In this document: positions 28,573-31,540 of the stretch, piece after piece
Layout of the letters: each line of letters starts with the position of its first letter
Numbering within the stretch: position 1 is the first letter of the stretch
DNA from: Microcoleaceae cyanobacterium
Lineage (GTDB): Bacteria > Cyanobacteriota > Cyanobacteriia > Cyanobacteriales > Microcoleaceae
DNA: 31,540 nucleotides
Reading direction: 5' to 3'
Assembly: GCA_051652765.1 (NCBI GenBank)
Contig: JBOFUV010000045.1
Location: 1-31,540, forward strand
Made by a program: the position numbers and the translations under genes
Notes under the pieces: model-generated
The model's input: only the letters and a program-made list of their open reading frames with translations
Databases searched by the model: none
What the model was told of the DNA's origin: nothing

Positions 28573-29451
28573 TCAAATTTGTAGCCACGTTAGATCTTTC
28601 CCAATTATTAATTCTGTCTTCTTCGCATGATGAGTGTTCTTCATTGCAATTAATTTCGTCTCAAACTTACAGCGACTTGCCAATGCCTGCACTTCACTGT
28701 CATTGTCATAAGTCATCAGAAAATTGCCTTGTAGTCTATACGCTAAATCAAATAAGGCTTCATGATTAATATCTGAGTAACGATAGAGTCGTTGCCCAGC
28801 CTTTATATAAGGTGGGTCAATGAAGAAGATAACACTATCTCTGCTTGCATTCTTCTCACAAACCTCGAATGCATCACCTTCGATAAAGTTAATCTTGTGC
28901 TTGATTTGATCTATTGCAAGAATTCGCTTTTTAAGGGTTTCAGGATACCAGCGAGAGGTTATTCCTTTGCCATTTTCCCCATTCTTGATAAAACTAGCTC
29001 CGTCTGCAAGGATACCGCCTCGATTCACACGGTTCTTGATGATCGTCGCGAAAGCACGAGACTCCAAAGATTCACTAGCCTGATCTATTACTCTTCTTGC
29101 GCTCTCTGGAGTCAGTTGAAAATTCATAATGGCATCACCAAGCCACTCAGCTCCACCATTCAAAATGATTTTCCAAACAGCAGCGACACCCTCATCTTTT
29201 TCAACCATCGTTACCCGATCAACAAGATTTTCACAAACAGCCGTTAAACTCACAATGCCACCACCTGCGAAGGGTTCGATCAGTTCTTTGCCAGAACCAC
29301 CCTGATAATGCAACCATTGCCGGATCTTTGGAATGAGCCAAGTTTTCCCACCAGCATATCGGAAAGGACTGCGCTGTGGGACGCTGGAAACATTCACCAC
29401 ATTCTGATGACTAGTTATGGTTTTGGGGTCGAATAGCTCAATTTGAAGCAT
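28573..29451 (-). CDS. DNA amino-methyltransferase, alpha class (Dam/D12-like)
   Basis: SPFRYAGGKTW, motif I EPFAGGG, and motif IV FFIDPPY. Confidence 0.92.
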   Translation of the reverse strand: MLQIELFDPKTITSHQNVVNVSSVPQRSPFRYAGGKTWLIPKIRQWLHYQGGSGKELIEPFAGGGIVSLTAVCENLVDRVTMVEKDEGVAAVWKIILNGGAEWLGDAIMNFQLTPESARRVIDQASESLESRAFATIIKNRVNRGGILADGASFIKNGENGKGITSRWYPETLKKRILAIDQIKHKINFIEGDAFEVCEKNASRDSVIFFIDPPYIKAGQRLYRYSDINHEALFDLAYRLQGNFLMTYDNDSEVQALASRCKFETKLIAMKNTHHAKKTELIIGKDLTWLQI

Positions 29452-29462
29452 CAGCTTGTTTC

Positions 29463-30335
29463 CTACTGCAATGGAATATCGATGATAGTTTGTGTGTCTG
29501 GTGGATTGTCTAACTTGTTATCAAGCTTTTGTTGTAGTATCTCAATAAAATCTTCTAGTTTGCCAGCTTCCGGCGTAGAAATTCGGTTAATGGCTGCCCA
29601 GTATTCTGTATAGATAACATCACTTAAAACTAAGTTAAAGTGCTCATCCTGGCGTTCCAGATCGTAAAGATTCCAGGCAATTTCAGCTTGACTCTGTCCG
29701 ACCTGTGGCAGCTCTGGTAGTGTTTCAAAAAAGCTCTTTTGTACAACGATCACCTGCTTCTTGCCCCACTCACGCAAAATCTTCCCTTTGTAGAGTAATT
29801 GCGGAACCAAACGCTTACGGGAAGATGAAAGGTAGTCTGGAGTTGGATAATAATCTGCGAGTTGTGACCAGTTAACAGATTCCCAACCTTGAGGGTCATT
29901 CATGTAAGTTTCAAAAGGCTTACGCACATTGCCAGAGATGTACACTGCTTGCACTTCAACCGCCCCAAAATCTAAAACCTTCCCTCGATCATCATAGGAA
30001 ACCAGCACCACATCAATATTTCCAGCGGATTGACCGTTGGCATCTTTCAAACGAACTTCCGTGAGGGAAGTCCAGCTAGTATTTTCTCCAAAAAAGAAAG
30101 TGGCAGCATTTTCAGCAATTAGCCAATCTTGCCGAAAACGAACTGGGCAGGTAATGACCGGGGACTGTTTGTGGTAAATACTGCATACTCCGAGTGGATC
30201 GTTTGCCTTATCCTTCGTACAGTTAGGTACCTTGTTGTTGTACGGGCACAGCTTATTACGCCGATATCGCGTTGCTTGTTCCGAGAAACTGTTACTCGGA
30301 AAGCCAAAGACCTCTGCAAGCGGATTATTAGACAT
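29463..30335 (-). CDS. NotI-family type II restriction endonuclease
   Basis: AEVFGF, a Cys4 metal site (CPY...CTK...GVCS...CP.RF), the catalytic ID...AVEVQ, and PDYLSS.RKRL.PQL..KG; 11 bp upstream of the MTase. Confidence 0.82.
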   Translation of the reverse strand: MSNNPLAEVFGFPSNSFSEQATRYRRNKLCPYNNKVPNCTKDKANDPLGVCSIYHKQSPVITCPVRFRQDWLIAENAATFFFGENTSWTSLTEVRLKDANGQSAGNIDVVLVSYDDRGKVLDFGAVEVQAVYISGNVRKPFETYMNDPQGWESVNWSQLADYYPTPDYLSSSRKRLVPQLLYKGKILREWGKKQVIVVQKSFFETLPELPQVGQSQAEIAWNLYDLERQDEHFNLVLSDVIYTEYWAAINRISTPEAGKLEDFIEILQQKLDNKLDNPPDTQTIIDIPLQ

Positions 30336-30431
30336 AGGGGCTGGGCTGAACTAAGACTATGACAAGTTCTAAGGGTACCGTGCAGACTCTGAAAAAGCCA
30401 GCCATAATTGAAGTTATTGGCGTAGGTTGCC

Positions 30432-30517
30432 GTATAACACTGCGCTGCAACGGACGGACGGAAGATCTTGGTGATGTGCCAAAGGGTGCCTACCGCCGTT
30501 GAGCTTCACCGTTAGCC
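30432..30517 (+). other. attC site 2 (86 bp, canonical)
   Basis: R'' GTATAAC, 5 bp, L'' GCT[G]CAAC ... L' GTTGAGC, 6 bp, R' GTTAGCC. The L boxes pair perfectly apart from one extrahelical base. Confidence 0.93.
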
Positions 30518-31403
30518 TGCTTCGTTTGGTTGGTTAGGAGTTTTTGATTAAGGCGTAGTTGAAAAATCAGAGATAGGGTTAAGAGAGTTAAGTGATGTTT
30601 TATGAACTTGAGACAATAAGAGAATTTTGCAATTGTGGCAATTTAATGAAGTACGAAACTAATTTTCGGCATAAAGGTGGAAGTGATAGTAATGAATACT
30701 ACACCATTGAAATTTTTGAAATATATACGTGCCCAGCTTGTGAGAATGCAACTCTCCTATGCTACTCCACAGTGGGGAATGACCTAGAAGACGAGGCGAA
30801 TGGATATGATGAAGAAAAGGAACTTTATCGAGAGTATGCTCGAACAGTTTTATATGCTCCGAACAAGTTGCTTCATCATGCAATTCCCCGATCTATTGCC
30901 GAAGTCACTTATCAAGCACAATCAGTTTTGTCTAATTCTCCACGTGCAAGCTTTATTTTATGTAGAGCAGTATTAGAAGAAATTTGTAACAATTTTAATA
31001 TTCCTACTGAGAACTTGAACAACAAAGGCAAGAGTCACTTTGTGAATCTTAAGGAAAGGCTTACTCAGTTATTTGAACAAGAAAAGATGGCAGAAGATTT
31101 AATAGCTATCATTCAAGGGATTAGAGAGCTTGGTAATGAGGGAACTCATTCAGATCACCTAACGTTTGCCAAACAGGTAGGGGTTAAAGATGCAAAGAGT
31201 TTGTTGATGCTTGTGAATTATGTTACTGAGCGTCTATATGTTGATAAATACCGACAACAGGAGGCAGAAGAAGTGTTGAGCAAACTGAAAGGAAAAATAT
31301 TGACATCAGAGTAATAAACAACAGGCTAACAATTCTGGTGCAGCGGATTGGCCGAAGCCGCTTGTGGTGTTGCAAAGGTATCGGCAACCGCTGACCAGAA
31401 ACG
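30512..31403 (+). mobile_element. Gene cassette 3 (892 bp, single ORF)
   Basis: GTTAGCCTG (30511-19) is the reverse complement of CAGGCTAAC (31322-30). Confidence 0.9.
30592..31314 (+). CDS. DUF4145 (HEPN-like) domain protein with N-terminal Zn-ribbon
   Basis: CNC...CPAC, then ASFILCRAVLEEIC, L.ERL..L and IRELGNEGTH (RxxGNxxxH). AT-rich; start is GTG 30592 or ATG 30595. Confidence 0.8.
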   Translation: MMFYELETIREFCNCGNLMKYETNFRHKGGSDSNEYYTIEIFEIYTCPACENATLLCYSTVGNDLEDEANGYDEEKELYREYARTVLYAPNKLLHHAIPRSIAEVTYQAQSVLSNSPRASFILCRAVLEEICNNFNIPTENLNNKGKSHFVNLKERLTQLFEQEKMAEDLIAIIQGIRELGNEGTHSDHLTFAKQVGVKDAKSLLMLVNYVTERLYVDKYRQQEAEEVLSKLKGKILTSE

Positions 31404-31409
31404 TTCGAC
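31324..31409 (+). other. attC site 3 (86 bp)
   Basis: R'' GGCTAAC lies 9 bp after the stop; TTCTGGT[G]CAGCGG pairs with CCGCTGACCAGAA; R' is GTTCGAC (non-consensus C). Confidence 0.9.
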
Positions 31410-31540
31410 CGCTAGGTTATCCGTGGGGCGGCAGCATGAAATTTATCTGTTAGAGTTCAGCCTGAAGTTAACTTGAGGCTGTTGATAAGACAGTGTTTCG
31501 AGGTTACTGGCGGGGCGATCGCGCAGTTAAGCTGACTAAT

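Larger units (their letters stand above)
28538..30511 (+). mobile_element. Gene cassette 2 (1974 bp) carrying an inverted restriction-modification operon
   Basis: GTTATACGGCAA (28537-48) is the exact reverse complement of TTGCCGTATAAC (30427-38). Confidence 0.9.
26504..31409 (+). mobile_element. Degenerate chromosomal integron with three gene cassettes
   Basis: intI remnant, attI-like site, and three 86-bp attC sites with complementary cassette ends. Confidence 0.9.
495..31522. repeat. Dispersed HIP1 octamers (GCGATCGC)
   Basis: Seen at 495, 1793, 3301, 3783, 5158, 6073, 6391, 7062, 7925, 10236, 11566, 11875, 13312, 14062, 24547, 25010, 25291, 26050 and 31515. Manual count, may be incomplete. 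Confidence 0.9.

Noticed and set aside
28494..29247. Plus-strand ORFs 28494-28769 and 28792-29247
   Set aside because: They are antisense shadows of the methyltransferase; the first starts inside attC 1, and neither has recognisable motifs.
28573..29451. The cassette MTase being the host GATC methylase acting on the adjacent GATC array or HIP1
   Set aside because: It is paired with an REase in a mobile cassette and its specificity cannot be inferred from motifs, so the link is unsupported.
26693..31403. Absence of HIP1 as proof of foreign origin
   Set aside because: I also saw no HIP1 between about 14070 and 24540 in core genes, so a 5-kb gap is not diagnostic.
25819..31540. IS element or prophage explaining the island
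   Set aside because: No transposase, terminal inverted repeats or phage genes are visible; the att sites account for the structure.

Overview
Cyanobacterial chromosome segment, identified by psaA/psaB/psaM, ftn2, ycf66 and at least 19 HIP1 (GCGATCGC) octamers counted by eye. Positions 1-25.8 kb are ordinary core genes: HAD hydrolases, a cupredoxin, a VOC protein, a gamma-carbonic-anhydrase-like protein, a TPR protein, Ycf66 with internal repeats, YkgJ, two half-size UPF0016 transporters, TolC, ndk, TerC, psaM, psaB, psaA, a lipoprotein, ftn2, pdhA and mutL. The region after mutL (about 26.1-31.4 kb) is a decayed chromosomal integron whose integrase remnant and att sites do not appear in the ORF track. 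It has a 21-codon remnant of the integrase N-terminus (minus strand), an attI-like site with 7-5-7 geometry, and three gene cassettes, each closed by an 86-bp attC site. The two ends of each cassette are reverse complements of each other. The cargo is mostly defence-like: a RelE/ParE toxin-antitoxin pair, an inverted NotI-family restriction-modification pair and a DUF4145 protein. Where the rest of the integrase gene should be, there is a non-coding array of 16 GATCAA hexamers at an exact 22-bp period with variable 16-nt inserts. All family assignments come from motif recognition by eye; no database search was run.
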